64,000 nt of DNA from Pirellulales bacterium (GCA_036267355.1 DATAWG010000099.1:90393-154392), one strand, 5' to 3'; numbered from the stretch's first letter, positions 29,121 through 39,180 are shown. Made by a program: numbers and translations. Notes: generated from the letters alone by a model not told the origin.

Positions 29121-30095
29121 TTACTCGCCCCTCGCCCCTCGCCCCTCGCCCCTCACGTCGTTCCAATCGCCGTTAAATACTTCCACGGCGGGGCCAGTCA
29201 TGTAGACGTGTTGGTCGCTCGAGCGCCATTCGAGTTCCAAATCGCCGCCGGGCAGATGGGCCAGGATACGACGATCGGTGCGGCCCGTGAGCACTCCCGC
29301 CACACACACCGCGCAAGCCCCGGTGCCGCAGGCCAACGTGATCCCGCTGCCGCGCTCCCACGTTCGCATCGTCACTTCCTGCCGGCCATCGACCTGCACG
29401 AAATGCACGTTGATTCGCTTGGGAAAAAACACGTAGCGTTCCAACAGCGGCCCATAACACTCGAGCGTCACGCGAGCCACGTCCGGATCATAAATCACCA
29501 AGTGCGGATTACCCATCGACACACCCGTAATGTGCAGCCTTCCACCGAAGGGCTCAAAGATATCCGGTTGTGCGAGCGCAGCTGCAGCGCCAGATCCGGG
29601 AGGCAAAATTTTGGCTGCTTCTACGGCCGCCATTTTGAAAAGCTCGGCCAATGGAAAATCAACGACCTGCGCCGTCGGCGGAACGCCGGGCAGCGCCATC
29701 GGAATCTTGGCCATTTCCAAGATCGGCGCGCCCATGTCTACCCGCACGCGGTCAACCCGATCATTCTCGATCTCCAAATCGAGCGTGAGCACGCCGTTGC
29801 CGGTTTCGATTTTCAACTGCGGCTTGCGGGCAATGCCGTGGTCGTAGATATATTTCGCCACGCAGCGAATCCCATTGCCGCACATCTCCGATTCCGAGCC
29901 GTCGGCGTTGAACATCCGCATCCGGGCATCGGCCATTTCGGAGGGGCAAATCAAGATCAGCCCGTCGCCGCCGACGCCAAAATGCCGGTCCGCGATCCGC
30001 CGGGCCAAGTCGGCCGGATCGTCCGGAATCGGTTCGGCAAAGCAATCGACGTAAACATAGTCGTTGCCTGCCCCGTGCATTTTGGTAAATCGCAT
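29121..30095 (-). CDS. dapF: Diaminopimelate epimerase
   Basis: MRFTKMHGAGNDYVYVD, the catalytic Cys motifs MCGNGIRC and LACGTGACAV, and two-domain DapF length. The C-terminal 12 aa are encoded by the family C repeat. Confidence 0.9.
   Translation of the reverse strand: MRFTKMHGAGNDYVYVDCFAEPIPDDPADLARRIADRHFGVGGDGLILICPSEMADARMRMFNADGSESEMCGNGIRCVAKYIYDHGIARKPQLKIETGNGVLTLDLEIENDRVDRVRVDMGAPILEMAKIPMALPGVPPTAQVVDFPLAELFKMAAVEAAKILPPGSGAAAALAQPDIFEPFGGRLHITGVSMGNPHLVIYDPDVARVTLECYGPLLERYVFFPKRINVHFVQVDGRQEVTMRTWERGSGITLACGTGACAVCVAGVLTGRTDRRILAHLPGGDLELEWRSSDQHVYMTGPAVEVFNGDWNDVRGEGRGARGE
29124..29157. repeat. Family C C-rich repeat (ctcgcccctcgcccctcgcccctcgcccctcacg) overlapping the last codons of dapF
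   Basis: Encodes the odd C-terminal tail ...NDVRGEGRGARGE* of DapF and is the inverted complement of 29020..29050 (about 100-bp stem-loop potential). Confidence 0.65.
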
Positions 30096-30301
30096 GCGAA
30101 AATTCCCGTCATCGAATCAACCTGTGGCCGAGAGATTTTACGGAAAGCAGCGAATCGCGGCAAACCCGGTTTCAGGGCGGAAGGTGACTCACGCGGAGTC
30201 GCGTCGGGACGGAGAGCCGGGAGCCGGCCGGAATCTGAAATTCGTACCCTCCGCTCCCTCCTTGGCTCCGCGTGAGAAGCTGCCAAGCTTATACTACTTG
30301 C

Positions 30302-32440
30302 ATGTCGCAGGCAGAGCCGATGATCGACGATTCCGGCGGTCCCGCAGCGGCCTCTGCCGCCGCTCCGCCGCCGCGCGCGCTGCACACGCCGGTGCAGTTT
30401 CTCAAAGGAGTCGGTCCGGCTCGGGCGGAACTGCTCAACCGGCTCGATTTGAACACCATTGCCGACACGCTGTTCTATTTCCCGCGCGATTATCAAGACC
30501 TGACCGATCTGCGCAGCATCGCCGATTTGGAAGAAGACAAACTGATTTCCGTTCGCGGCATTATCGAAGAATCCGAACTGCGAAACACTGGGCCCGGCCG
30601 CTCGCTTCTGGGAGTGTTGGTGCGAGACGAGCGGCGGCTATATCTGCGGGCCCTATGGTTCAACCAGCCATACATGCTCGAAAAATTCTCGCGCGGCCAG
30701 GAATTGCTTCTGACGGGCAAGGCGGTGCTGCATGGCGGGCGATGGGAGATGGTCCACCCCCGTGTGCAATGGCTCGATCCCGACGAACCGCCGCCGGCGG
30801 GCCAAATGCTGCCGATTTATCCGCTCACCGAAGGGCTGACGCAAGGCAATCTGCGAAATATCGTGCGCGGCGCGATCGAATCTCACGTCGAGCAGTTGGA
30901 CGAAGTGTTTACCGCGGAGTTTCTCGCCCACAAGCAGCTTTGGGCGCTACGGCAAGCGCTGCCGGCGATCCATTTCCCGGCCAATCCGGCCGAACTGGCT
31001 CACGCCCGGCGGCGGTTTCGCTATCAAGAACTCTTTATCCTGCAACTGGCGCTGGCTGTGAAACGCCAAACGCAACAGAGCCAGGCCGCGGCCAGCCGAC
31101 TCGAAGTCGATGCTCGGATCGATGCCCGCATCCGCCGGCTGTTTCCCTTCGAGTTGACCGCGGGGCAGCAGGATGTAATCCGCCAGATCGCGGCCGACAT
31201 GGCTCGCCCGACGCCGATGAACCGGCTTTTGCAGGGCGATGTCGGCAGCGGCAAAACCATCGTGGCTGTGTATGCAATGTTGCTCGCGGTGGCACACGGC
31301 CATCAAGCGGCTCTGATGGCGCCCACGGAAGTTCTCGCCCGGCAACATGCCCGCACGCTCGGCCGGCTATTGGCCACCAGCCGCGTGCGGATCGGCGTGC
31401 TCACGGGGGGCGTCGGCGGCAAGGATCGCGAATCGCTGCTGGCTCGAATCACGGCCGGCGAGATTGATATCGTCGTCGGCACGCAGGCCATCGTCCGCAG
31501 CGAAGTGGAATTCGCGCGGCTGGGGCTGGTGGTGATCGACGAACAGCATAAATTCGGCGTTCGCCAGCGGGCCTTGCTGAAGCGGGCCGGCGGCGATCCG
31601 CATTGCCTCATCATGACCGCGACGCCCATTCCGCGCACCCTGACGATGACGCTGTACGGCGATCTGGATGTCTCGACGCTCTCCGATCGTCCGCCGGGCC
31701 GGCAGAGCATCCACACCTATCTCGCCGCCGCAGCCGATCGGCCGAAATGGTGGGATTTCTTTCGCCGCAAGATTCGCGAGGGACGACAGGGATACGTCAT
31801 CGTTCCGCTGGTCGAGGAATCAGAAAACGTCGCCACGGCCAACTTGGAAGCGACATTCGAGGAACTCACCCAAGATCAACTCGCCGAATTCCGGCTCGGA
31901 TTGATTCATGGCCGAATGTCGGCCGAGGAAAAGGACGCCGCGATGCAGGCCTTCGCCGAGGGGCGGACGCAAGTGCTCGTGGCGACGACGGTGGTCGAGG
32001 TGGGCGTCGATGTGCCGAATGCGACGCTGATGACGATCGCCGGCGCCGAGCGATTCGGGCTGGCTCAATTGCACCAACTTCGCGGCCGCATCACGCGCGG
32101 CGCACACCCGGGCTATTGTTGCGTGCTCACCGACGCGAAATCCGACGAAGTGGTCGACCGGCTGATGCGATTCGTTGAAACGACCGACGGATTTCGCCTG
32201 TCCGAGCTCGATTTGGAGTTGCGAGGCCCCGGCGACATGCTCGGCACGCGGCAACACGGCCTGCCGCCATTTCGGGCCGCCGATCTGCTGCGCGATGCGG
32301 GCCTGCTGACCGAAGCCCGCGCCGACGCGGCCCAAATGGTCGCTGCCGACCCCGGCCTGCGATCGCCCGAGCACGCAAAACTCCGCCGCATGGTGCTCGC
32401 CCGCTACGGCCAAGCGCTCGACCTCGGCGATGTGGGATAA
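30302..32440 (+). CDS. recG: ATP-dependent DNA helicase RecG
   Basis: Wedge domain, helicase motifs GDVGSGKT (Walker A), VIDEQHKFG (DEQH box) and ATPIPRTL, and the C-terminal TRG motif LRGRITRGAHPGYC. ATG 30302 (MSQAEP...) chosen; the track ORF begins 30272, so the start is uncertain by about 10 codons. Confidence 0.9.
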   Translation: MSQAEPMIDDSGGPAAASAAAPPPRALHTPVQFLKGVGPARAELLNRLDLNTIADTLFYFPRDYQDLTDLRSIADLEEDKLISVRGIIEESELRNTGPGRSLLGVLVRDERRLYLRALWFNQPYMLEKFSRGQELLLTGKAVLHGGRWEMVHPRVQWLDPDEPPPAGQMLPIYPLTEGLTQGNLRNIVRGAIESHVEQLDEVFTAEFLAHKQLWALRQALPAIHFPANPAELAHARRRFRYQELFILQLALAVKRQTQQSQAAASRLEVDARIDARIRRLFPFELTAGQQDVIRQIAADMARPTPMNRLLQGDVGSGKTIVAVYAMLLAVAHGHQAALMAPTEVLARQHARTLGRLLATSRVRIGVLTGGVGGKDRESLLARITAGEIDIVVGTQAIVRSEVEFARLGLVVIDEQHKFGVRQRALLKRAGGDPHCLIMTATPIPRTLTMTLYGDLDVSTLSDRPPGRQSIHTYLAAAADRPKWWDFFRRKIREGRQGYVIVPLVEESENVATANLEATFEELTQDQLAEFRLGLIHGRMSAEEKDAAMQAFAEGRTQVLVATTVVEVGVDVPNATLMTIAGAERFGLAQLHQLRGRITRGAHPGYCCVLTDAKSDEVVDRLMRFVETTDGFRLSELDLELRGPGDMLGTRQHGLPPFRAADLLRDAGLLTEARADAAQMVAADPGLRSPEHAKLRRMVLARYGQALDLGDVG

Positions 32441-32474
32441 GTTTCTGTATCAAACTTCACTGACCGGCACACTA

Positions 32475-32610
32475 ACCCGAAGCGTTAGCGAGGTCGCGCC
32501 CGAGGACCGGTCATGCTCGCTTAGAGCGCGAGCCAATGTGTACGCGGAATGGCCCTCATTGAGCGGTATGAAGCCGTCGTTGCGGGGCTCCCTCGCTAAC
32601 GCTTCGGGCT
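32475..32610. repeat. Family B element, open configuration (arm acccgaagcgttagcgagg ... 90-bp spacer ... ccctcgctaacgcttcgggct)
   Basis: Same 20-bp arms as 26994..27057 but in the opposite arrangement, around an approximately 90-bp spacer that contains its own palindrome (gcgcgagc / gctcgcttagagcgcgagc). It fills the recG to LysR-like gap. Confidence 0.7.
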
Positions 32611-32637
32611 AGTATTGTTTTCGCGCGGAGGCGCGGA

Positions 32638-33618
32638 GTGAATTTTGGATTGGCTCGGTCATTGTTTGCTGGGGGAGTCGCCGGGGACCGTGAACGCGTC
32701 GAGATCGTAGATTGCGATGAATTTCGCCAGCGCGGGAGCCGGATGGCGGCGCTGGGCATCGAGAATCAATGCGTTGCGGAATCGGCCCAGATCAAGATAC
32801 GCCTGGTAGTCGGCCGGGATGGAAACGCCAAGCTGCCCGAAATCGCTCCGGCCGGCGAAGAACGCCCGGGCGTTTTTGGACCGGTAAATCTGCTGCGTCC
32901 AACTCGGATCGGAAACGGCCATCTTGGAAAGCTTTTCGAGCGTCGCGCGCTGCTGCGGGAAGAGCTTTGCGAGCTGTTCGATTCGGAAAATCCGACGCGG
33001 GAAGTGCGCGTCGCGGCCAGCCAGTACCTGATTCACTACGTGCTCATCGATGCGATCCGGCGCTTCCACGCTTCGTTTCCGACAATTCGGATTCGCCTGG
33101 AAACGCGCACCGAGCACGAAATTGAGCACGCATTGCAGAACGACGCCGAATTGGACGTCGGCATCGCCGCTCCGCTCGAGCCGTCGCCGGATCTGGAATA
33201 CCGCCATCTCTTCTCGCTGGATTGGAGCCTTTTGACGCCGCCGAGCCATCCGCTGCTCAAGCGACGTCGCTTGACCTTGGGCGATCTGGTGAACGAGCCG
33301 CTGATTTTGTTCGAGCGAGGCTCGACGGGCCGGCAACACATCGTGGATGCGTTTCGCCGCGAGGGTTTGTCGCCGCGCGTCGAAATGGAAACGACCACCA
33401 CGCAAGTGATCGTGCAGATGGTCGAGGCGGGGTTGGGAGTTTCGATTGTGCCGCTGTTGGCCAGCGGCATCGTTACGCGATCGCGGCGAGTCGGAGTGCG
33501 CAGCCTCGCAGCGCGCATCCGCCCGATCGATTCCGGAATCTTGGTGCGTCGCGGCGACCCGCCGTCGACGGCCGCGAGTGAATTCATCGAATTCATCGCG
33601 AAGCGCTGTGCGAAGTGA
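32638..33618 (+). CDS. LysR-family regulator substrate-binding domain protein; N-terminal HTH not recognisable (atypical or degenerate N-terminus)
   Basis: Residues from ...GKLFERRALLREELCELFDSENPTREVRVAASQYLIHYVLIDAIRRFHASFPTIRIRLETRTEHEIEHALQNDAELDVGIAAP...LILFERGSTGRQHIVDAFRREGLSPRVEMETTTTQVIVQMVEAGLGVSIVP match LysR linker plus effector-binding domains. The first 90 aa (GTG start per track) show no winged-HTH signature (no SQPAVS-like box). Confidence 0.6.
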   Translation: MNFGLARSLFAGGVAGDRERVEIVDCDEFRQRGSRMAALGIENQCVAESAQIKIRLVVGRDGNAKLPEIAPAGEERPGVFGPVNLLRPTRIGNGHLGKLFERRALLREELCELFDSENPTREVRVAASQYLIHYVLIDAIRRFHASFPTIRIRLETRTEHEIEHALQNDAELDVGIAAPLEPSPDLEYRHLFSLDWSLLTPPSHPLLKRRRLTLGDLVNEPLILFERGSTGRQHIVDAFRREGLSPRVEMETTTTQVIVQMVEAGLGVSIVPLLASGIVTRSRRVGVRSLAARIRPIDSGILVRRGDPPSTAASEFIEFIAKRCAK

Positions 33619-33647
33619 TCCGGTTTTCGGGGCGGTTTGCGTTCCGT

Positions 33648-35159
33648 CTAAAATTGATCCGCGCCGGTCAGCTTTTCTTCGACTTTGTCTGCCTGCCAGG
33701 CGATGGCCGTTAGCATTTGCGAAATGGCCGGGCCCGTAAGCGTGTCGGCCAGCGCGCTGCCTTGAAGGACAACCATTTCGCGGTCGCCGATTTTGTTGAA
33801 TGCAAACGCACCGTGAACCAGCTTCATGTTGTATCGCAACAGGGCGGCGGCATTCTGGTCCGTGGCCGGGCCGCACGTGGAGCGGAAATTCACGGTCGCC
33901 TGTCCGCTTTCATCATGTTGGCCGAACGCGACCGTGACGATTTGTTTGCGGAGCGCGCCGACGGGAATGGTGACTTGCCATTCGTCGGCACTGTCGTCGA
34001 GCTTGTAACCGCCGGCCTGAACGACGTTGCGAACCAATTGTTTCGGATCGACCGACGCCGTGAGATCGTCGAAATCGGGTCCGCCGGATGCCGTGGCAAC
34101 GATCGAACCGCTCGCGCTGGCGGCCGGCCCGCTGGCGTGGCTCGCAGCGGCCGTAGAAACCATCGGCGCCGCGACGCCCATCGCCGCCGTCGGTTGCGGC
34201 TGCTGCGGCGCGTAGCCCTGTTGGGGAGGATATTCCTGGGGCGGCGAATATCCTTGGGGAGCCGCCGTCACCGTGCCCATGCCCCCCGGCTGCGGAGCGT
34301 ATTGCGTGCCGCTCATCATCGCGTCGCGAATCATGGCGGGCATCATCATGCCGAAGCCGGCTCCCATACCCATGCCCATCGTCGAGGCGGCCCCGTCGCT
34401 GCCTCCAGCCGCGGCCATCTTAGCCATGCTCTGCGCGGCTTGGAATTTCATGAACGCATTCAAATCGCCGACGGCGCCCATCGAACTGCGGGCGTCGATC
34501 GCTTGCTGCACTTCGTCGGGCGGGGTAATGGCGTTGATGAAGAAGTCGACCAGCTCGAGGCCATATTTGCTGAAATCGGCGGCGACTTTGGCGCGGGCCG
34601 CCGAAGCGATCTGCTCGTAGTGCGTCGCCATGTCCAACAGGCTCATGCCGGCCGCGCCGAGCACGTCGGCCAATCGCGACACGATCAGATCGCGGAGAAA
34701 TTCGGTCACTTGATCGGTCGTGTATTTTCCCTGCGTGCCGACGAGCGTGTTCAAGAGCACCGAGCTATTGGCCACGCGGAGCGAATACTTCCCGAACGAG
34801 CGGAGCCGCACCATGCCGAAATCGCGATCGCGAAATGGAATCGGCTGCGGCGTACCCCACTTCTGATCGAGGAACGTCTGCTTGCCGATGAAATAAACGC
34901 TGGCTTGAAACGGCGATTTTTCCCAGGGAATCGTCAGCAGACGGGTGAGAATCGGCACATTGGCCGTCGTGAGCATGTGCCGGCCCGGCGGGAACGAGTC
35001 GAGCGCTTTGCCATCGCGAAAAAAAACCGCCTCCTGGTTTTCTTGCACGATCAATTGCGCCCCGTATTTGATGTCGGCCGAGCCCTCCGGCGGAATCCGC
35101 TCGACTAGCGAATGGTTCGATTCATCGAAGAACTGGATCACTTCCAAGCGCAGGCCCAT
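33648..35159 (-). CDS. SPFH/band-7 domain protein (COG4260-like) with Gly/Met/Pro/Gln-rich linker and a C-terminal YbjN-like domain
   Basis: Internal ATG ([54 protein letters not shown]...) starts an approximately 300-aa SPFH fold, followed by a low-complexity linker ([23 protein letters not shown]...[12 protein letters not shown]) and then a roughly 150-aa alpha/beta domain ([34 protein letters not shown]...[30 protein letters not shown]). The track ORF's first 104 codons are Arg-rich junk and were trimmed. Confidence 0.7.
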   Translation of the reverse strand: MGLRLEVIQFFDESNHSLVERIPPEGSADIKYGAQLIVQENQEAVFFRDGKALDSFPPGRHMLTTANVPILTRLLTIPWEKSPFQASVYFIGKQTFLDQKWGTPQPIPFRDRDFGMVRLRSFGKYSLRVANSSVLLNTLVGTQGKYTTDQVTEFLRDLIVSRLADVLGAAGMSLLDMATHYEQIASAARAKVAADFSKYGLELVDFFINAITPPDEVQQAIDARSSMGAVGDLNAFMKFQAAQSMAKMAAAGGSDGAASTMGMGMGAGFGMMMPAMIRDAMMSGTQYAPQPGGMGTVTAAPQGYSPPQEYPPQQGYAPQQPQPTAAMGVAAPMVSTAAASHASGPAASASGSIVATASGGPDFDDLTASVDPKQLVRNVVQAGGYKLDDSADEWQVTIPVGALRKQIVTVAFGQHDESGQATVNFRSTCGPATDQNAAALLRYNMKLVHGAFAFNKIGDREMVVLQGSALADTLTGPAISQMLTAIAWQADKVEEKLTGADQF

Positions 35160-35232
35160 GAGAAAATCTCCATGCGGATATGGCGGTTCATGTCTAGCGT
35201 TTATACTACCTGCCGAAGGCTCGCCACAGCCC

Positions 35233-35892
35233 TTATGCCAAGCCTTTGAGCAGTTCGGTTCGCTGATCGCAATTCTGTTGAATCGTGTCGAGCTTCGCTG
35301 CCAAGATCGGGATCGCCGCCTCGGGATCGCTCGGCATCGTGTTCGCGGCCGACACCGGATCTTCTGCCGGCGCGGCAGACGGCGGCGGGCTGCCGGGCAT
35401 CGGATTATCCGCCGGCGGAGCGGCAGCGGCAACGGGCGGCGCGACGGCAGCCGGCGGTTTTGCGATCGCATCGCCGCTCGGCGGCATGCCGGCCAGATGT
35501 TCGGTCATCGCGACATATTCGTCGACCGAATGCATCAGCAGCACATCGTGGTCGTACACCTGATCCAGCAGGGCCTGGTCGACTTTCACCAAGTCGAACA
35601 CGCCCGTGTAGCCTTCCCATGCTCCCCGAATGCGAGCGATCAGTTCGTCGGTTTTGGCCCGCAGCCGGTCGAACTGCGGGAGGATCGCGATCTTGCCGGC
35701 ATCGGCCAACTTTAGCGCGACCGCATCCATCGCCCGCTTGCTCCGCTGCAGACGATCGGCCAGCCAAGTGCGCTGGAGTGCGTCGCTATCGCGGCGATAT
35801 TCGCGTTCCAAATAGCCGTGGAAGCCCGGAATCGCACCGACGAGCATCATCAACGAATTGCGATGTTGGACATAGGATCGCGGCTCGGGCAT
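35233..35892 (-). CDS. Hypothetical protein (219 aa; N-terminal helical domain, Pro/Ala-rich middle), co-directional and 74 bp upstream of the SPFH gene
   Basis: [51 protein letters not shown]...[64 protein letters not shown]... No family recognised, but codon usage is typical of neighbouring genes. Confidence 0.5.
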   Translation of the reverse strand: MPEPRSYVQHRNSLMMLVGAIPGFHGYLEREYRRDSDALQRTWLADRLQRSKRAMDAVALKLADAGKIAILPQFDRLRAKTDELIARIRGAWEGYTGVFDLVKVDQALLDQVYDHDVLLMHSVDEYVAMTEHLAGMPPSGDAIAKPPAAVAPPVAAAAPPADNPMPGSPPPSAAPAEDPVSAANTMPSDPEAAIPILAAKLDTIQQNCDQRTELLKGLA

Positions 35893-36051
35893 AAGGATCT
35901 CGACAAGGGGAGGGATTCAAGGAATTTGGCGAACGCACGATCGACGGGGCAAAAGAGCCGAGGATAATTCGCCGGCCGAGCGTCGATCTTGCCCCGCCGC
36001 CATGATAGCACTTGTCCCAGCCGCCGGGCAAACGCCCCGCGCCGGTTGCAA

Positions 36052-36199
36052 AGTAGCAGGCACACTCCGTATGCCGTCTGCCGCGGTACGGCCCGCACTA
36101 GCCCGAAGCGTTGGCGAGGGCGCGCCGCCAACGCGGGTTCACCCTCGCTAACGCTTCGGGCTAATGTGGGCAGACGGCGCACGGAGTGTGCCTGCTACG
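36052..36199. repeat. Composite nested repeat: family A arms (agtagcaggcacactccgtatgccgtctgcc ... gcagacggcgcacggagtgtgcctgctacgt) enclosing a complete family B palindrome (36100..36163)
   Basis: Outer arms pair over about 30 bp. The inner segment is gcccgaagcgttggcgaggg-cgcgccgccaacgcgggttcac-cctcgctaacgcttcgggct. It occupies the divergent spacer between 35892 (minus gene start) and the HEAT-repeat gene. Confidence 0.8.
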
Positions 36200-36311
36200 T
36201 ATCGCGTTTTATTTCGTTGACCGGTCTTGGCTTGCCGCGGACGGTTCGCTATAGTCCCCGCCGCTCACGTCTACGCGAGTCTCCTCTCGTTCAATCTCTT
36301 CGAACCAGCCG

Positions 36312-37163
36312 ATGGCGATTTTGATGCGCGCATCCAACGAGCCCCTGCGACGATCGGGCTGGCTCCAGGCGACCGAGCGGCATCGTTTCGCTGTTTGCGC
36401 CGCCATGGCGTGTCTGTCTGCCGCGATCTTCAGCGGTTGTTGGTGGGGCGGAGCCGACGGTGTTCCGTTCTACTACAGCAAGAAAGACAAACAGCAGCAG
36501 CTTGCCGATTTGGAACACTATGGCCCATTCGCCTTCCAGCGAATCGAAACAATCAAGAAGATGGGCGAATACGCCGCCAAGTCGCCGCAGCTCGAGAAGG
36601 AAAAGGTAGCCGCCAAACTGGCTTCCAATATCCAAACGGAGCAAGATCCGCTGGTGCGAATGGTGATCATCCGCGAGCTGGGGCGCATTCCGACCGAGAT
36701 TTCATCGTCTGTGCTCACCGCGGGAATCAAGGATCCCGATCCGGAAGTGCGGATGGAGGTTTGCACGGCCTGGGGCAAACGGGTGCATCAATCGCTCGCC
36801 AAGGGTGGCGGAATTCCGCCCGGGCCGACCGAAGATTCGGCCGTGCGAGTGCTCGCCGGGGCGCTGGCGAGCGACACGAATTTCGATGTGCGCATGTTCG
36901 CCGCCCGTGCGCTCGGCGAAGTGCCGCGCGATCCGCGGGCGATCGCCGCGCTGGGAATCGCGCTGAAGGGTTCGACGGATCCGGCCATGACGTACAACGT
37001 GGTCACGTCGCTGAAATCGGTTTCCGGCAAAGATTTCGGCAGCGATGTGAAGCAATGGCAGCAATTCGCCGACAGCTTCATTCCACAAGCCATCGTGCCG
37101 CCCACCGGCCTCGGCCAGCAAGCCCCCAGTGCCATTGCCTCGCGCCCATCGCGGACGAACTAG
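36312..37163 (+). CDS. HEAT-repeat (PBS-lyase-like) protein, probable lipoprotein
   Basis: Repeated units DPLVRMVIIRELGRIP, DPDPEVRMEVCTAWGK, DTNFDVRMFAARALGEV and DPRAIAALGIALKGSTDP. A possible lipobox MACLSAAIFSGC begins at 36405, so the true start may be that internal ATG. Confidence 0.65.
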   Translation: MAILMRASNEPLRRSGWLQATERHRFAVCAAMACLSAAIFSGCWWGGADGVPFYYSKKDKQQQLADLEHYGPFAFQRIETIKKMGEYAAKSPQLEKEKVAAKLASNIQTEQDPLVRMVIIRELGRIPTEISSSVLTAGIKDPDPEVRMEVCTAWGKRVHQSLAKGGGIPPGPTEDSAVRVLAGALASDTNFDVRMFAARALGEVPRDPRAIAALGIALKGSTDPAMTYNVVTSLKSVSGKDFGSDVKQWQQFADSFIPQAIVPPTGLGQQAPSAIASRPSRTN

Positions 37164-37348
37164 CGCCCAAGCGATCGGGCCTCGCTATTTCTCTCTCGCC
37201 GCTACAGTTTCACTCCCCGCGTGGGTCCGCATGGGGCAACTCTGAGCAAGCGGCGCCGCGGTTCGCTAGAATGGCTTCGGCGGTTTTGCTCGCCCGCGGT
37301 TACTAAAGCCGTATGCCAAGTCTTCAATCGAACCATTGGGAGGTCGTT

Positions 37349-38185
37349 ATGAACCGTCGTTGGACTCGTGCTTTGGCGATTGCCGTATCGATTGCTGTTC
37401 TAGTTGCCCTGAAGTTTTCAATGGCCGCCGAGCCGGATGACAAAGGGGCGCCGGCAGAGCCTCCTGACCGACCGGCCGGTGCGCCGGCCGAACCGGAAGC
37501 GAAAAAATTCACCGGCACCGTGGCCCAGTTCAACTACACGCCACGTGGCGAACGCGACGGCATTTTGCTCACCAGCGACGGCAAACTCGTGCAACTCAAT
37601 TTCCCGCCGCACGAGGCCGGCAAGCTAACCGGTACGGTGGCCGTCGGCGACCAGATCACTGCCGAGGCAACGCCCGAACGCGCGCGAGCCGACCATGCCG
37701 TTCTCCATCTCCAAAAGCTGACGACCGTCAAGGGGAAAGAGATAGAAATGGCCGGACCGCGGCGGCCGCGTGGCCCGGAAGGCGGCCGTGGCGCCGGCCG
37801 CGGCGATGGACCGGAGCAAACCGGTTCGACTGGCCGAGAGCGGGCATTGCCCAAGACCGAAACGGTCAAAGGCGTCGTGAAGTCGCTCAACCGCGGCGCT
37901 CGCGGCGAAGTCGACGGGGCAACGCTCGAAAGCGGCGATTTCGTTCACATCGGACCGCGCGAAGCCGAAGAGGCCAAACTCGCCGTCGGACAGGAAATCT
38001 CAGTCGAGGGCTATGCGATGAAAATGGCCGATGGACACACGATGATTTCATTCCCGGTGAAGATCAATGACAAGGAAGTGTCGCGGCCGGGCCCCGGCCA
38101 CCGCGGCGTCGCTGCGGACCGTCGACCGCCCTCCGACGGCGATGCGCCGCCGCGCGGCGAGGCCCCGCCGCCGGACGAGAAATAA
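37349..38185 (+). CDS. Secreted hypothetical protein with two tandem homologous about 45-aa domains and Gly/Arg/Pro-rich linkers
   Basis: ATG 37349 gives MNRRWTRALAIAVSIAVLVALKFSMAAEP (signal peptide). Internal repeat FTGTVAQFNYTPRGERDGILLTSDGKLVQLNFPPHEAGKL versus VKGVVKSLNRGARGEVDGATLESGDFVHIGPREAEEAKL. Confidence 0.55.
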   Translation: MNRRWTRALAIAVSIAVLVALKFSMAAEPDDKGAPAEPPDRPAGAPAEPEAKKFTGTVAQFNYTPRGERDGILLTSDGKLVQLNFPPHEAGKLTGTVAVGDQITAEATPERARADHAVLHLQKLTTVKGKEIEMAGPRRPRGPEGGRGAGRGDGPEQTGSTGRERALPKTETVKGVVKSLNRGARGEVDGATLESGDFVHIGPREAEEAKLAVGQEISVEGYAMKMADGHTMISFPVKINDKEVSRPGPGHRGVAADRRPPSDGDAPPRGEAPPPDEK

Positions 38186-38324
38186 ACCTTGCCGATCCGC
38201 CCTGCTCCAATCGCGCAAAACGGCCCAGGCAAGGCCTGCAATCCAAGACGGTAGCCAGAAGCTGCCGACGGCATGACAACCGTGGACAATTCGAACGATT
38301 TTGCGGATGTGGCCGCGCCCCGCT

Positions 38325-38660
38325 ATGTCAATCAAGCATCGACTCCGAAATCCGTTCTACGCCTTGGCGATGGTGCTCGGCCTGTTGTTTACCATTACCA
38401 CCTGTGCCGATGCGGTTTTGATGATGAAAACGAATCGGGCCGGGGCAATGCCGCGACCGGGCGAGCCGGGATACGAATTGATGACCTTGCTCGATCGGCA
38501 TGGGACGGAGATACTTGTCGGCGAATTGGCCGCCCTGGGGCTATGCACTGTCGCCGCAATCCGATTGGACCATGTGCGCGATCGGCGCAAATTCGCCCGG
38601 CGGCAGGAAGGCAACCGATCAGAGACCGGGGGCGGCGCCGCGAATGCGGACCAGGGATAG
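38325..38660 (+). CDS. Possible small two-TM membrane protein
   Basis: MSIKHRLRNPFYALAMVLGLLFTITTCADAVLMM...ILVGELAALGLCTVAAIRL gives two hydrophobic helices. No homolog recognised; weak. Confidence 0.3.
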   Translation: MSIKHRLRNPFYALAMVLGLLFTITTCADAVLMMKTNRAGAMPRPGEPGYELMTLLDRHGTEILVGELAALGLCTVAAIRLDHVRDRRKFARRQEGNRSETGGGAANADQG

Positions 38661-38795
38661 TCCCCTTTTGCGGACCGGCGACTGTCCCCATTCGCGGACC
38701 GGGGACTGTCCCCCTTAGCACCACCCCCTCAGCACCCGGGAAAGGCGCCGAGACACGAGAAGCCACTGAGGGCCAAAGACCAGGAAGCAAAGAAC

Positions 38796-39176
38796 ATGAA
38801 CGTGCAAAATTATGAACAGTTGCCCGCGACGCCCGTCGATATGGAAGGCGCGCACGATTGCCGGATTCGAGTGCTTGTGGGACAGCGCGAAGGGGCGCCG
38901 AATTTCGTCATGCGGCAATTCGAAGTCGCACCCGGCGGCCATACGCCAAAGCACTCGCACGATTACGAGCACGAAGTGTTCGTGTTGGAAGGCTCGGGCG
39001 TGGCGATGGAAGGCGAGCGTGAACACGCGCTTGCGGCCGGCGATGTCGTGTTCGTGCGGCCGAACGAAGTCCATCAGTTTCGCAACACCGGTGGCAATCC
39101 GTTGAAGTTTCTTTGCCTGATCCCGAATTCGGCGGCGGGAAAACCGGTAACGGTCGCACCCGGCGCAAGTTGTTAG
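38796..39176 (+). CDS. Cupin domain protein
   Basis: Two cupin motifs, PGGHTPKHSHDYEHEVFVLEGSG and GDVVFVRPNEVHQFRNTG. 126 aa. Confidence 0.8.
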   Translation: MNVQNYEQLPATPVDMEGAHDCRIRVLVGQREGAPNFVMRQFEVAPGGHTPKHSHDYEHEVFVLEGSGVAMEGEREHALAAGDVVFVRPNEVHQFRNTGGNPLKFLCLIPNSAAGKPVTVAPGASC

Positions 39177-39180
39177 GAAC

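Noticed and set aside
33648-35471. Full 607-aa extent of the SPFH ORF from the track
   Set aside because: The first 104 codons ([36 protein letters not shown]...) are Arg-rich and overlap the upstream gene's 3' end, so the protein-like sequence starts at the internal Met ([11 protein letters not shown]).
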